Assembly: GCA_045837725.1 (NCBI GenBank)
Contig: JBEWZL010000238.1
Span: forward strand, 186,001 to 250,000
DNA: 64,000 nt
DNA from: Vermamoeba vermiformis
Taxonomy: Eukaryota
Direction of reading: 5' to 3'
A model generated the notes under the pieces. It worked only from the letters and a program-made list of their open reading frames with translations. It was not told the DNA's origin and made no database searches. Of the stretch, positions 17,298 through 29,495 are shown piece by piece. Both the position numbers and the translations under genes were made by a program. Numbering within the stretch: the stretch's first letter is position 1; the number at the start of each line of letters is the position of its first letter.

Positions 17298-18069
17298 TTT
17301 GTACGCGTGCCCTGGAATCTGCTTGCTTCTACTTTTTCAAGTCTTGTTCGTGTTAAATATTTGTATAGGGCACTGCTATTACAGCTTTTTCAATAAATAA
17401 AGAATAGTCATTTGTTGCTTTTTAATGTCTCCGTGGATCGTAAGCTCGGACGTAAGATTGATTTTACGGGCGTAAGGGTCCTTCCTAAAGTGACCTTCGA
17501 ACATCTTCTACGCATCAGGACGCGTGTGGTCACGTGATCGGCGATTATTTTATGCAACCCGGCTCCCGTATTACTTGTAACTGAACATCTTCTTACAAAT
17601 TAAGCGGTTGCATCTTGTGTCTACAATGAAGTATTAAAATCTGCCAGGTAAATAAATGATACACTTACTGGTAAGTTATGACTACTAACTGGAATGGCTT
17701 ATAGCAGCCATTATAACGTCACGACAAAAGCAAATCCAAAATTTTAATTTGCGTCTATTATAATTAATTCTGAATGTCTCGTAATAAAATAATATTTAAC
17801 TCGCAAGTTATGCTGCACGAATATTGAGAACATCAAATGGCGGAGGTTGATCTTCAATTTTTGTGACCAATCTTACGTTTAAGCTTACCTTGCTCTGCGT
17901 ATAACGGAAACAAGCACCGCATTAATTGAACGTACAAATATTGATTGTGTATCATTGCTCACACGAGATTTTGTTTGAAATTTTCCTGAGTTTCTACTTG
18001 CTTTTTTTCATCTGTTCAGCAACGAAGCACAAGGCCACCAGACCTCATATATTTAATCAAACGCTATTC

Positions 18070-19536
18070 ATGACGATATGTTACGAAGAGCCTACTACGG
18101 CTAATATTGTTGTAGCTTCGATTTTGATCGGAGGCATTGCTCTTTCTTACGTCCCTCAGGTAACCTAGAAAAATTATTTAGAATATTGCGCCTATTTAAA
18201 ACCACTATAATATTGATAATATGAGCGAAAATCGATAATTTTAAATTTGCTAAGTCCTTTTAAAAATCGATAGAAAATTCAGATCGCGCTAACTTTGATA
18301 TAATATGCAAAATATTATTATACTGCGTGAATATTGATCATAAATATTGTAGTATATTTCAATCGCACGAGCCAAATCCAGTGCCGGAATTTCTGCGCTG
18401 ACTGTTGCTTTATTGCTACTGGGAGGTCTGTTAACGCTGATTAATTCTGGAATATTAAAATGGGACAAAGTTATATGCTGCGGCACTATAGTAAGTATTT
18501 TTGTTCCTTTTAGACTTTGTGTCCCGATCTAGGACTGTTTAAAATTCCGGATCTTTTGGATCTCGCTTCAAATATCAATTTGCATTGTGCTAATATTCTA
18601 TTGTTATAGCACGTTGATCAATGCCTTGGAAACAACTTGCCCATCATTCAGCTATTTATTGGTCCTTTTTGTATTTTCTTGCTATTTATTTTTGTGCTGA
18701 TCTACTTCGACACCAAACCCACTTCAGACGACGAATTAAGAGAGGATAAAAAACGTGATTTATTCCGCGCTTGGGGATATTTCTTAGGCACCTTAACGGT
18801 AAGTTACAGGAAAAAACTTTTGCTACAAGTTCCGGATCACAAAAACTAATTTATTTTATTTTATTTTAGATCTCAATTATAGTTGCTGTTATTGGCAGTA
18901 TTATGTACTACGTAATTCACTTGTCGGGCGAAGTCTTGTTCACTTACGCTCGAGTTCTCGGTTACATTGCCTCAGCGCTTGTTTTGTTGCAATGGACGCC
19001 ACAAATCATCACTACTTTCCGCGCTAAGGTAATATTTGCAGTTAGTTATAATTATAACAATATTTGACGGCAATACATCAATATTTGATTTGTAGCCGAA
19101 AGTCACATGGCACGATCCGGATCTTGATAAATCTTATAGTTTGCTAATATTATTGATATTTGCAGTCTGGCGGTCAATTAAGTTTGGCCATGTTAGCGCT
19201 GCAAATGCCCGGAGCAGTCGTAGTGTCGTACTATCAAGGTGTATTGAACCACGCTGATTTTTCAACTTGGGCGCCTTATGTCTTGACAGCCATTCAACAA
19301 GTGATTTTGATCGTCATGTTGATTATATTCATGATTAGAGATAAGCGAAAGAGAAAGAGAGCCATGTCGTCAGGGTACGTAGAAATTTTTTAAGTTTTTT
19401 TTCAATAACAATTTTTTATTTTTTTCGATTTGGCTAATGTAGAATTGTCAACAATAGCATCTATGAGCGTGAAGTATTGAACGATATTATGGCTGACAAT
19501 GAAAAAACGAGATTGCTGGATCAACCTGACTCGTAA
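18070..19536 (+). CDS. PQ-loop repeat membrane transporter, probably lysosomal
   Basis: Two PQ motifs (SYVPQ|Y..SSAGIS and QWTPQI..SGGQLS), multiple TM helices, and a C-terminal dileucine signal EKTRLL. Confidence 0.85.
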
Positions 19537-19691
19537 AAAAATGCCCGCGGCGGGTCAAAAAAAACATCCCGAATATTATTCTTATTCTAACACCTGTGTA
19601 TATATCTGTTTACTTTATGTTAATAAAATGCAGTGAATCAATTTTGCTAAATGTCAATTTTTATTTTTTTTTTGCGGACTTTTTTTGACTA

Positions 19692-21489
19692 TTATTTTGT
19701 CGTTCTTGGCGCCTCCATGGCGGCACGTCTTCTCCTCGTAGTTTCATACAACATGTGTGCATAGGCATAACCACCCAACATGCCACCCAAGTGACCTGCG
19801 TGATCAAAGTTCAAGCCGAACAAACGAGTCCACAAGCCTGTCAGACCCAACTACAAAACAAGGCAAAAATTAGCTTTGTTGACAGTTACCTCGTGAAATT
19901 TCATGTTACAGTGACACGTGTCAAACTGAGTATCTTATGGAAGAACTGTAATTTTGGCTTTGATATTCCAGTCAAGAGTTTGACATTCAAGGTGACACGT
20001 GTCATGCAAATAGACCGTTACTTACGCCTTCAAAGCCCAATAAACCTTTGAACAACGCGCCCATTTTGACCGGCAACACGAACAACAACTGTGCTTTGGC
20101 GTCGGGGAAGAAATACGCGACAAATCCGAATAAGCCGTAAATAGCTCCTGATGCTCCCAAAGAGTACCTAACACATATAATAAGCACAATATCATACTAT
20201 AATATACTATTCGTTTTTTGCTTACGTGTTCATGCGCAACATGCCGTGGAACATGTGCGAAGCGAATGAGCCCAATAGACCTGTAGTCACGTACAAACCA
20301 ACGAATCTTTCTCGACCAACGACCTAATATATATTTACTATTAGTCTATATACAAGTTAATCGCTATATTGCTGTCATTTAAGCACTTACGTCATACACA
20401 GCGCGACCAAAACTCCACAACGCGAACATGTTAAACAACAAGTGCGTGCCTCCCATGTGACTCCAGTTACTAAAAATGGAAATAATTAGACTCATCTTCA
20501 TGAATTAGATAAATTTGCAAAAATGGACTTTAGCGATTAAAATAAGACTAATATAGATATGAAAAAATGATTGCGTACCTTGTGAGCAAAGTCAAATTTC
20601 GTCCCGAGAACGCGTTGTGCGTGAAATATTTGTACATAAATCCCTTCAGCGGGAACAAAAAGTTCCACACCATGAAAACTGCGCCGTTGAGGGCAATCAT
20701 TCCTCCGACGAATTTGTCCGAGTCTGGCACGTGTTGCCATCGAATTTTCATCGCGGTCCATGTATCCGCATTCATCTAATATGTTGATATTAATTTATGA
20801 ATATTCATAAATATACTTTATGTATGCTATGCAAATTAAAATTCACGCGTGTAATACTTACAGGAATAAAAGGTTGTTCACGGGATCTTCGTTTAACATT
20901 TCTGCCATAAGGACTACGTAAAAAAAATAGTGTTATGATATATATTATATTATTATAGTTTTTATGATAAGCCGCTTAGTGGTATTTTTTTTAGGCGGAT
21001 GTAGCCAGAAGAAACTTACTCTTTTTGTAAATTATATTCGCGCCATAGTTCAGTGCCATAAATAGTGCCAGCAATACCAGCAGCAGTAAATAAGAAGGGT
21101 CCGACAACGCGAAACTTTTGGAGTCGTGCTGCAAAAAGAAAGTCAGATTCAGTTAACCACAGACGTTTTGTTTAAAAATTTTAACACAGGCAATAATTTA
21201 AAATAATAAAATATGCAAATTAATTAATATTTGGTCGCGATTATGATTGCGTTGTGGTTATAATTCGCCTTGGACAAATTTGAAAAATGCAAAATAAATA
21301 AGGAAAATTCAGATACGTACTTAAATGATTTGTATATTCTCTAGTCTGTTGTTTGGGATTATTGAAAACTTTTTTGCCTAATTTTGAACCCTTGATCTGA
21401 TTGAAAAACGGATTTACTTTGGCATTGAATTTGTCCGTTATGTGCGCTCTCTGCCTCGCAATACTTTGTGCTATTCTGTTCATCCACAT
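19692..21489 (-). CDS. Rhomboid intramembrane serine protease, PARL/Pcp1-like (probably mitochondrial)
   Basis: HLLFNMFALWSFG, catalytic GASGA and GHLGG. Basic N-terminus resembles a transit peptide. Start approximate. Confidence 0.88.
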
Positions 21490-21603
21490 CTTGGTATTAT
21501 ATATTTACAAAATACGAAGTGTGGTGCAACGAGTGAGTTTACAAATTTTTCGAATTTTTCGATTAGAAATTTAAATTTTGTTGACAACAATGGCTCGTGT
21601 ACC

Positions 21604-22693
21604 GGGAGGCGATAAGAAATTACACTGCTGAAACTTACGTGTAATTTATTTTCGTGCAGTGTAAAAATTACACGGACGTGTAACAGTGTAATTTTTACAC
21701 GGCACGGCCGTATAAATATGTGATAAAACAGCATCTAAAGAGTTTATTTACATTAAAGTAAGCTAAGGGCTTCGCAATACCACCGGATGCAACCCGATTC
21801 GTGAAAAATACCTGTTATTTTCTAAAGTAAGCTACACTGAGTGTTTATGCTTAAATTAGCCATTCATCCAGGTGTTTAATACGTTGGTATATGGTTGCTA
21901 GGTCTTGAAAAGTGAATCGCTGGTGCTGTGCTCTAAATCAGGAAATTATAGATCGAGATCCGGTTCGAGAAGTGCATCTCGTCACTTCTTACTATTATCC
22001 AAGGGTTGATTGGCATATCTTTGGTGACAGGAGATAATATTGAGTGATCTTGCGATGCGTGTCCAGCACTGATCTTGCAAAGTACAACTTAACGTCTCCA
22101 TAACAATCACTACATCGCAGATGGTATTTGCCGGCAAATATGCAACTAAAATCACAACTATAAAGCCAGATTTCAGCTTGAGACGCACTACTATTTCATC
22201 TATAATCAGCGCCAACAAATCTTGCGCGCTTTCGTTTTCATGGGCTTAGCTGGCGACACTATGTCAACTTGTGCCTGTTCTTGCTCTAAAATTAAATAAT
22301 AATTTTAAAAATACGTTAATAGCCGTTATAATAGGGTGGAGTTACCTGTTGTGCTGCAGGAGCAAACGGATGTTGGATTAGGTGTCAGATCGGCATCAAT
22401 TCTGTCCACAATTTGTTCAGCGATTTGTCTTGTGGTAATTATGTTATGAAAATTAAAGGTAAATTTTATGCCTAAGCTCGCTTTGGTCTTTTTTTGCTTG
22501 GGCTGACGCAGATGGAGCGTTCTTCTGTCATTATACGCCTATTCTATATAAAATATGGCCTATTTCTGATTACACGGTGGTTTTTTGCCGTGCACGTGTA
22601 ATAAATTACACTGTTACACGTCCGTGTAATTTTTACACTGCACGAAAATAAATTACACGTAAGTTTCAGCAGTGTAATTTCTTATCGCCTCCC
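21604..22693. mobile_element. Non-autonomous DNA transposon, 1090 bp, with about 90-105 bp TIRs and an 8-bp TSD (Mutator- or Merlin-like ends)
   Basis: Left end GGGAGGCGATAAGAAATTACACTGCTGAAAC... is the reverse complement of the right end ...GTGTAATTTCTTATCGCCTCCC. CGTGTACC flanks both sides (21596-21603 and 22694-22701). No transposase ORF. Confidence 0.92.
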
Positions 22694-23006
22694 CGTGTAC
22701 CCATTATAGAAATTGAAATAGGCATATCACATATCTTTTGCTGTTTTAAGGTTTAAACTATCAGTTTAACTAAGACAGAACAGATCTGTTAATTGATTTG
22801 TGTCCACAACCAAACGGGGTAAGTAAGGCGAATCTTCATTTTCGTGCCATGTTGCGCTAATTTTAGAGCGGGCCGCTTGCGTAAGAACGTAAGATCGATA
22901 CTCCGAGCTGACGATGCTGACATCACTCGTGTTCCGAAAATTGGTGAGACTCAGCGAATCGTGCACTGTGGTCTTTTTTATTCGACAGCAAGTTAAACAC
23001 AATAAA

Positions 23007-25383
23007 ATGGTGCTAATGGAAATAGCGCTTGGAATCGGCGCTATTATAGTGCTGTGGAACGTGTTGGCACCGTTCATCTGGAGCGTGGTACGTCACAACA
23101 AAGTCTTGGGCTGTTGAATTTAGAAATTTAATATGAACTAATATTTAGGTAATGCTTTTTGAACCCGAATGGAAGAAAAAAATGCCAGGTAATTTAAATT
23201 ATTTTTTTGGAGATAGTAAATTATTCGTGAATTTGTTTCAGCAACTCACCGCGTATTTTCTTAATTCATAATGAGTTTATTATAATATTATGTGCCCTAT
23301 AAATCGATTTTTATCAATCGATTTTCTACGAGCTCGTAAAAATACTTATTCCAGATCTGATCCGGTTTTTCTTTAGGTCCCAAACCTTCTAGTCTCATAT
23401 TAGGAGGCTTAGAATTTCTAAGAAATAATTACGAAGAACCTTATAAACCTCTTCCCGAGTTAGCCACGCAATACGGGCCTGTCTTTTTATTGCGCGCTGG
23501 TTTATTGGCGACAACTTCAGTGGTTGTAGTTGCTGAGCCAAAAGTACGTTATATTATATTCTATTAGTATTATCAAGGCTCATTCTTATGATTATTTTAG
23601 CATGCCGCTCCTGCGTTGCATTCTGACGTAAAAGGTGTTATGTACGATCCGCTTCGTATTAAAGGCGAACAAAACGTCTTTTTCACTGATGGTACGATAT
23701 TAATAGATACTATAGTCGGTTGCCTTATTAATGTTTAATTTTAGGACCTTACTGGCATTTTTCGGTATGTTTTTTTGAAGGATCTAGATCTCGTGTTGAC
23801 ACTCCACTTTAGCGCAAATTAATGAACCCTGCATTCTCTTCTCAAGCCATTAAAGGCATGTTTCCTATTATGGTCGACGAGGCAAAGATATTTGTGAACT
23901 ATTTGAACGGTTTGGTTGATAAGGATCCTTCGAGCCCTATTGACATTAACAACGTCTTGCAACAAGTCACTTTGGTACGTCACAAAAACAAAACTCAAAA
24001 TTGTTTCTTAGTATTAATATTATGATACTAGGACGTTATTATGAAGACCGCTTTTGGTTACAAAATTAGCGCTGTCGGAAACAACAGTTCGAAAGATTTG
24101 TACATTATTCAAGAAAGTTTTGAAGAGTCGAGCCGACGATCGAGATCACCTTTAAGAAGACTTTTTAATCCCTGGTCAAAGATCAACGATACTTTCTACA
24201 GGTACAGTATTCAATGTTATTAAAAAGTACGTCAAAAAAATTATTAATTTTATTTTTTTTCGTGCGCAGAAATTACATCAAGAAATTGGCAGCAAAATGC
24301 GTTGAAGCGCGAAAAAACAATCCTGAAGAGTTGAAGAACAGAAAAGATTTGTTGACGTTGTTAATTAATGCACAAGACGAAGAGACCGGTGAAAAATTGA
24401 AAGACGATCAGATTGTTCAAGAAGCTATTATTTTTATGTTAGCCGGTCACGAGACTACTGCTCACTGTAAGTACCGAGACTATTGCCTAATAAGGAAATC
24501 GGATCGAACACCGTGAAAAATTCGAGTCGATGACACTTTGACACTTTGACACTTCAGATCTAACGTCTGTTATTAAATAGCTATGACATGGTTCATGTAC
24601 CATTTGACGCAGTATCCTGAATGGCAAACTAGAGTGCAAGAAGAAATTGACCGATTGTTCGGTCAACGGCGATACCCCGAACACGAAGACATGGCCAATA
24701 TGAAAGTGTTGACTATGGTGCTTAATGAAAGCATGAGAATGACACCTGTTGCCCCTACTGCTGCTGGCACGTGATTTTTGGTGAAATTTTCGTTGTGGAT
24801 CCGTTACTTACGAGATCTATTTTTAGGTCGAGAGTTGAAAGAAGACGTTACTATTAACGGCCACTTCATTCCAAAAGGTACTAGTGTATGGGCACCTATC
24901 TATTTGTTCCATCACAACCCTAGTCTCTGGGATAAAGTACGTTGAACAGGGTCACTAACACGAAGCATTATTCTAATTAACCGTTACTTTAGCCCGAAGA
25001 ATTCAATCCCGATCGATTTGACAATCAAACGAATTATCCTAAATTTGCTCCGTTCACCACTGGTCCTCGAAGCTGTAAGCTAAAAACTGATCCGATCGGA
25101 TTCGATCCGATTCTCGCACAGCTTAACACGGTTCATTTTAATCAATATTGCTTGTTTAGGCATTGGTCAAGTGTTCGCTAAAGACGAAATGAAATCAATT
25201 CTCAGCAGCTTTGTGCGTAACTTCAGTTGGACGTTAGCTCCCGGAACAGTCGTCAAGCCGCATCTGGCTATCACTTTGAAGCCAAAGTACGTGTCGTATA
25301 TTTAATGAGTATAATAACGTGGACCGTATTCTAACGTTGAAATTCTTAGGGACGGTTTGCCTGTTGTTTTGAAAAAGCGCTAA
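23007..25383 (+). CDS. Cytochrome P450 (CYP4-clan-like), multi-exon
   Basis: N-terminal anchor, I-helix AGHETTA, ExxR (ESMR), FNPDRF, and heme motif PFTTGPRS|CIG. Confidence 0.95.
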
Positions 25384-25893
25384 TAATTTATTTTGTGTTA
25401 AATATTCGACATAGTAAATACTAGACTAAATACTTAGTTCTATTGAAGTTCAATATGTGCACGAAGCAGTTTATTATTCGTCTTAATTGCATATTGTAGC
25501 TTTTTGTTAATGTTGTAAACAGATCAACTTGCCTCAGATCAAATTGCGTCCATTGAAGGAAAGCAAATAATTTGGAAAAATATAGAAAATAATGAAAGCC
25601 ATTAGGTAAGTTCGTGGGTAGCATATTTAGTCCTAACGGTCCCGTGCGCTAATTTTAATTTTTGAAATAGAGTCGAATCTGCTTACAGCTTATTGCTTCG
25701 CTCGAAACTGGTGCTGATTCCGGTCATATAAAAATCCCAAAATAGCAACCGTCGTTATTGATCATTTTGGCACCGTTTGGTGAAATAACGGGAAAGTCTA
25801 GATTATTCATGAACGAAAAATCTGATAATTAAAGGCACGTCAAACCAAAATTTTAGCATTATAGAGGCCCAATTCCTAACAATACAGCGCAAG

Positions 25894-27407
25894 ATGACAG
25901 ACACGACAATTCAGATCCAGTCACTCGCTTGGGTGATTTTATGGCTCTCTGCTTTATTCGGCTTAGGAGTTCTATTGCGATGGATGAAAGTGATGGAAGA
26001 TGCAGCAATCGATCATATTAATGCGTTTGTATTTAACTGTTGTTTACCTGCTGCTGTTTTCAAAGCAATTGCCTCCACGAATCTGAGCAAACTAAATTGG
26101 ATCTTCATCGTGGCTTTCTTATTTTTGCGAGTATTATGTAAGTACTTTATAAAATATTATATTAAAATATTTTTAAATTATAAGAATCATTGCCTTAGCA
26201 GATCAAGCCTTCTTTTTAATCGAATGTGATTTCGTAAATTCAAAGGTGCCTTTTGAATCACTCGGAAACGCTCCGATATATTAATTAGCATATTTTACGA
26301 ACTTTAAAGCATTAAATAATCGTTCAAAGCTTAATCTTGCTTTTTGACAGATGCGCTGATTTTTTGGGCCTTCACTGAAGTACAAAAAGGCAAATTGAAA
26401 GACTTTATTGTGCATTATATGGACACTACATGGATCAATACGATCATCTTTGGCATTCCTATTCTCAGCGCAATCGTTGGTCCGGATCTTGGACTTTTGT
26501 ACCCGGTCTTGGCCTCGATCTCGTCGTTCTTCTTTCAACTTCCCTTCTTATTAATATGCTTCGAATTGAACGAAGTAAAACACCCACTTACTCGCAATCA
26601 ATTGCCTCAAACGACTCCTGCTCAAGAAACGCCAAATCCGGATGCTGCTCAAAACAACAAATCCGAAAAGAAGTCGAGCACGAGAAAATGCTACGAATGC
26701 TGGAATTTCTGCATTGCTAAGAAGAACTCTCCTTCGCATAATGGAAGGGACGTTGCTACGCGCATCGTTTTGCGAATCATTTCGAATCCGCCTATCATCG
26801 GCATTGTTCTTGGATTCTGTTGGAGCGCTACTGGATGGACCGTGCATCCTATTCTCGATGGATTTGTTACTAATTTAGCTAATGTCATTACTCCTGGTAA
26901 GCCGCCAACCTAATTTTAGATCTACTTTCGAAATCCAACGTTTGGCCAAAAAAAAATCGAATTTTGATCGTATGTTCCCATTTATGGTAATGGTGCTAAC
27001 AAATTATATTACTATAGCCTCAGCTTTTACAATTGGCATGTTTTTGTACCGCAAAGACATCACTCGTCACTGGCGCTGGACGTTATTTTATTTGTGCATC
27101 AAATTGATTGCAGTGCCGCTGACAATGATTCCTATTCTCTATATTCTCGGAATTAAAGGCCAAGCTGCTCAAATGGCTGTCGTTGTATCAGCATTCCCCG
27201 TCGCAATCTCCGCATTCAATTTGAGCAAAAAGTACGTCAAGAAATTCTCCGAAAAATTATTCGATATTAATGTTAATAATTATAATTAGGTACGACTTAG
27301 GCAACTATCAAACAGCTGGCTGTATTGCTTTTGGAACAGTTTTGATGCTGCCGTTCACGATCATTTGGGTGGTTTTAGTTGACAACGTTTTTACCTTCGT
27401 CTATTAA
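25894..27407 (+). CDS. Auxin efflux carrier/PIN-like (Mem_trans) transporter
   Basis: INAFVFNCCLPAAVF, NTIIFGIPIL, central hydrophilic loop, ISNPPIIG, KLIAVP and AFPVAIS give the AEC two-repeat pattern. Confidence 0.85.
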
Positions 27408-27712
27408 TCACCTTCGAATTTTGTAATATTATAAATGTACAGTTTAAAATTAATGAATAAGGCTATTGCACCTCCGAAGTACTTTGACCAGTACATTTAA
27501 GGTTGGCGTGAACGAACTCTACTATACGCCAACCTCGGGTTGATTAAAGATAAAACTAGATTGGCCAACCAGTTATCATTAGCCGTGATGTTCGCCAACC
27601 TGAATCTCCGCCTAATATCTGCAAATTTCCATTGTTTCGATGTTTCGGTCCGCGGGAAAAAGTTTTTGTTATTCGACCTGTTGGTCGGACTTCGTATAAC
27701 AACACTAGAGAA

Positions 27713-28162
27713 ATGGACTACAAAAGTACCACTACAGGTAAATAATCATGTTTCAGATTTAGCTCCAAAATATTCTTATAAACGAGCTAAGTCAAAATAC
27801 TGTCGAAATCAAATTAAAGTTTGAAGAATGATTACCACGATCGGTTTATCCTTCACAACGATTTGTTATTCTTTTTAACCGTATAAATTATATTTGCAGG
27901 AACAAGTGCATCTCATTACGTGATTAAACCATCTTGGAACGCTACAGACGTTCGTAACTGGGCACAAAACGTCATGGAGTTAACTCCTAGGACTGTCAAA
28001 ATTCTGCTTGAAAATGGAGTGACCTCTGGGCAAGTTCTTTTTGTGTACGAGAAAGTTGAAGAGCTGTTTGAGGATTTTGTTGGCTTGGGAATTCCAAAAC
28101 CTACACTACGCCTAATATTCAGGCACATTCAAAAGGCAAAACTGTTTTTGTTTCATCCCTAA
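27713..28162 (+). CDS. Small SAM-domain-like protein (2 exons), paralog of 12099-12549
   Basis: IKPSWNATDVRNWAQN..VKILLENGVTSG versus IKPTWTDIDVRNWAHN..VDILVNNGANSG; same phase-1 intron. Confidence 0.6.
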
Positions 28163-28390
28163 TCATCGAAGATCCATCAATATTGACTAAACTTACTCCT
28201 TTCAAATCATCTCCTTGGTGTTTGGCTCTCAAGTTTGATTTCACTAATCCACCTGTAGAATTCTATTTGTTAACCCAATATGCAAATAACGTAAAAATAT
28301 CTCGAAAAAATAAAAAAATAAATTTGTACGTAAAACTTAGTTGAGGTCGTTATCTTAATTCAAGACTAGAGACGTGTATTTACATTAGAA

Positions 28391-29228
28391 TTACATTATT
28401 GTGCACTCGCGATGTGACTTCTTATTATTGTTATTATTATTATTTGTACTGTTTTGCCGCGCTTCTATGCAAAGTTGAATTAACCGATTGAAAATTTGTT
28501 CTGTTTGGTCTTTGTCCCTCGCTGAGCCTCGTATTATAGGTAATTTTAATGTCGCTGCTAATTCTTCGCCTCGATCAACCGAAATTACTCGTTCTTTTTC
28601 CAAATCCGTTTTGTTTTCCCAGATCAGCATTTGAGTTGGAATTTTAATACTATTGTTGTTATTTGGCTTGGGATACTCTTCCTTAATTCTTTCTACCCTT
28701 TTCTTAATAACTTCTACCGTATCGTAGCTTGGTTGATCGGTAACCGAATAAAGGATCAAAACTGCATCCGACTCTCGCAGGTACAAGTCATTCATTGCTT
28801 GAAAATTCGATTCCTATTATCACACCAATATAAATACATACTAATTTAAGCAATATTACCATATTAATCTCATTTAGCTCGCAATTAAATCTCATGCCAT
28901 CAATTTCAACGGTTTTACTCTTATCATCGTGCATATGATACGGGCCCTATTGTCATAATTATTAAAATCACTAGTGATCAATATTCTCGTACCCTCTCAA
29001 GCGTTCTGCCGTAAATCCACATGTGCTGTAAATTAAAAATAATTATTAATTTTTAAATCGAGGAGATAATCATTATTAAATACGAAGCGTAAATTTGTAT
29101 TAAATTATGAACTGGCGAAAAATATTCAAGGTAAATTTAAAAATGTAGCTTCGAAATTTACTTGCCCAAGCGGATGTCTTTCCAACTTTCTCTTTACCAC
29201 AAATTACTATCTTGAGCGTTTGCGCCAT
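28391..29228 (-). CDS. Atypical Ras-family small GTPase with CAAX box (4 exons)
   Basis: KIVICGKEKVGKT (G1), KTVEIDG, AMNDLYLRESD, ENKTD (G4), GSAR (G5), C-terminal CTIM. G2 and G3 are degenerate. Confidence 0.85.
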
Positions 29229-29495
29229 TATAATATAAAAATAATTATTATTTTCGGTATTTCAAGCCGAAGTGCGTTTAAAGCACAGAGTTGCGGTTGT
29301 ACGTAAAAACTGAAATTCGATAAAGACTCTCGTACGAGCATTGAGTTTGATTCTGGGCTAGATCTTATATTTATTAGAACTACGTCTTAATAGTACACCA
29401 CTACCTTTCTAAGATTATTAATCCTAGATCCGGTACACCGATGAAAGATTACAAAAAAATTGAAATAAAGAGTTGTTACGGACTCGTTTAATTAA

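Noticed and set aside
27500-27536. 10-bp inverted repeat AGGTTGGCGT/ACGCCAACCT with nearby GCCAACC copies
   Set aside because: Short, with no TSD or second copy seen; insufficient to call an element.
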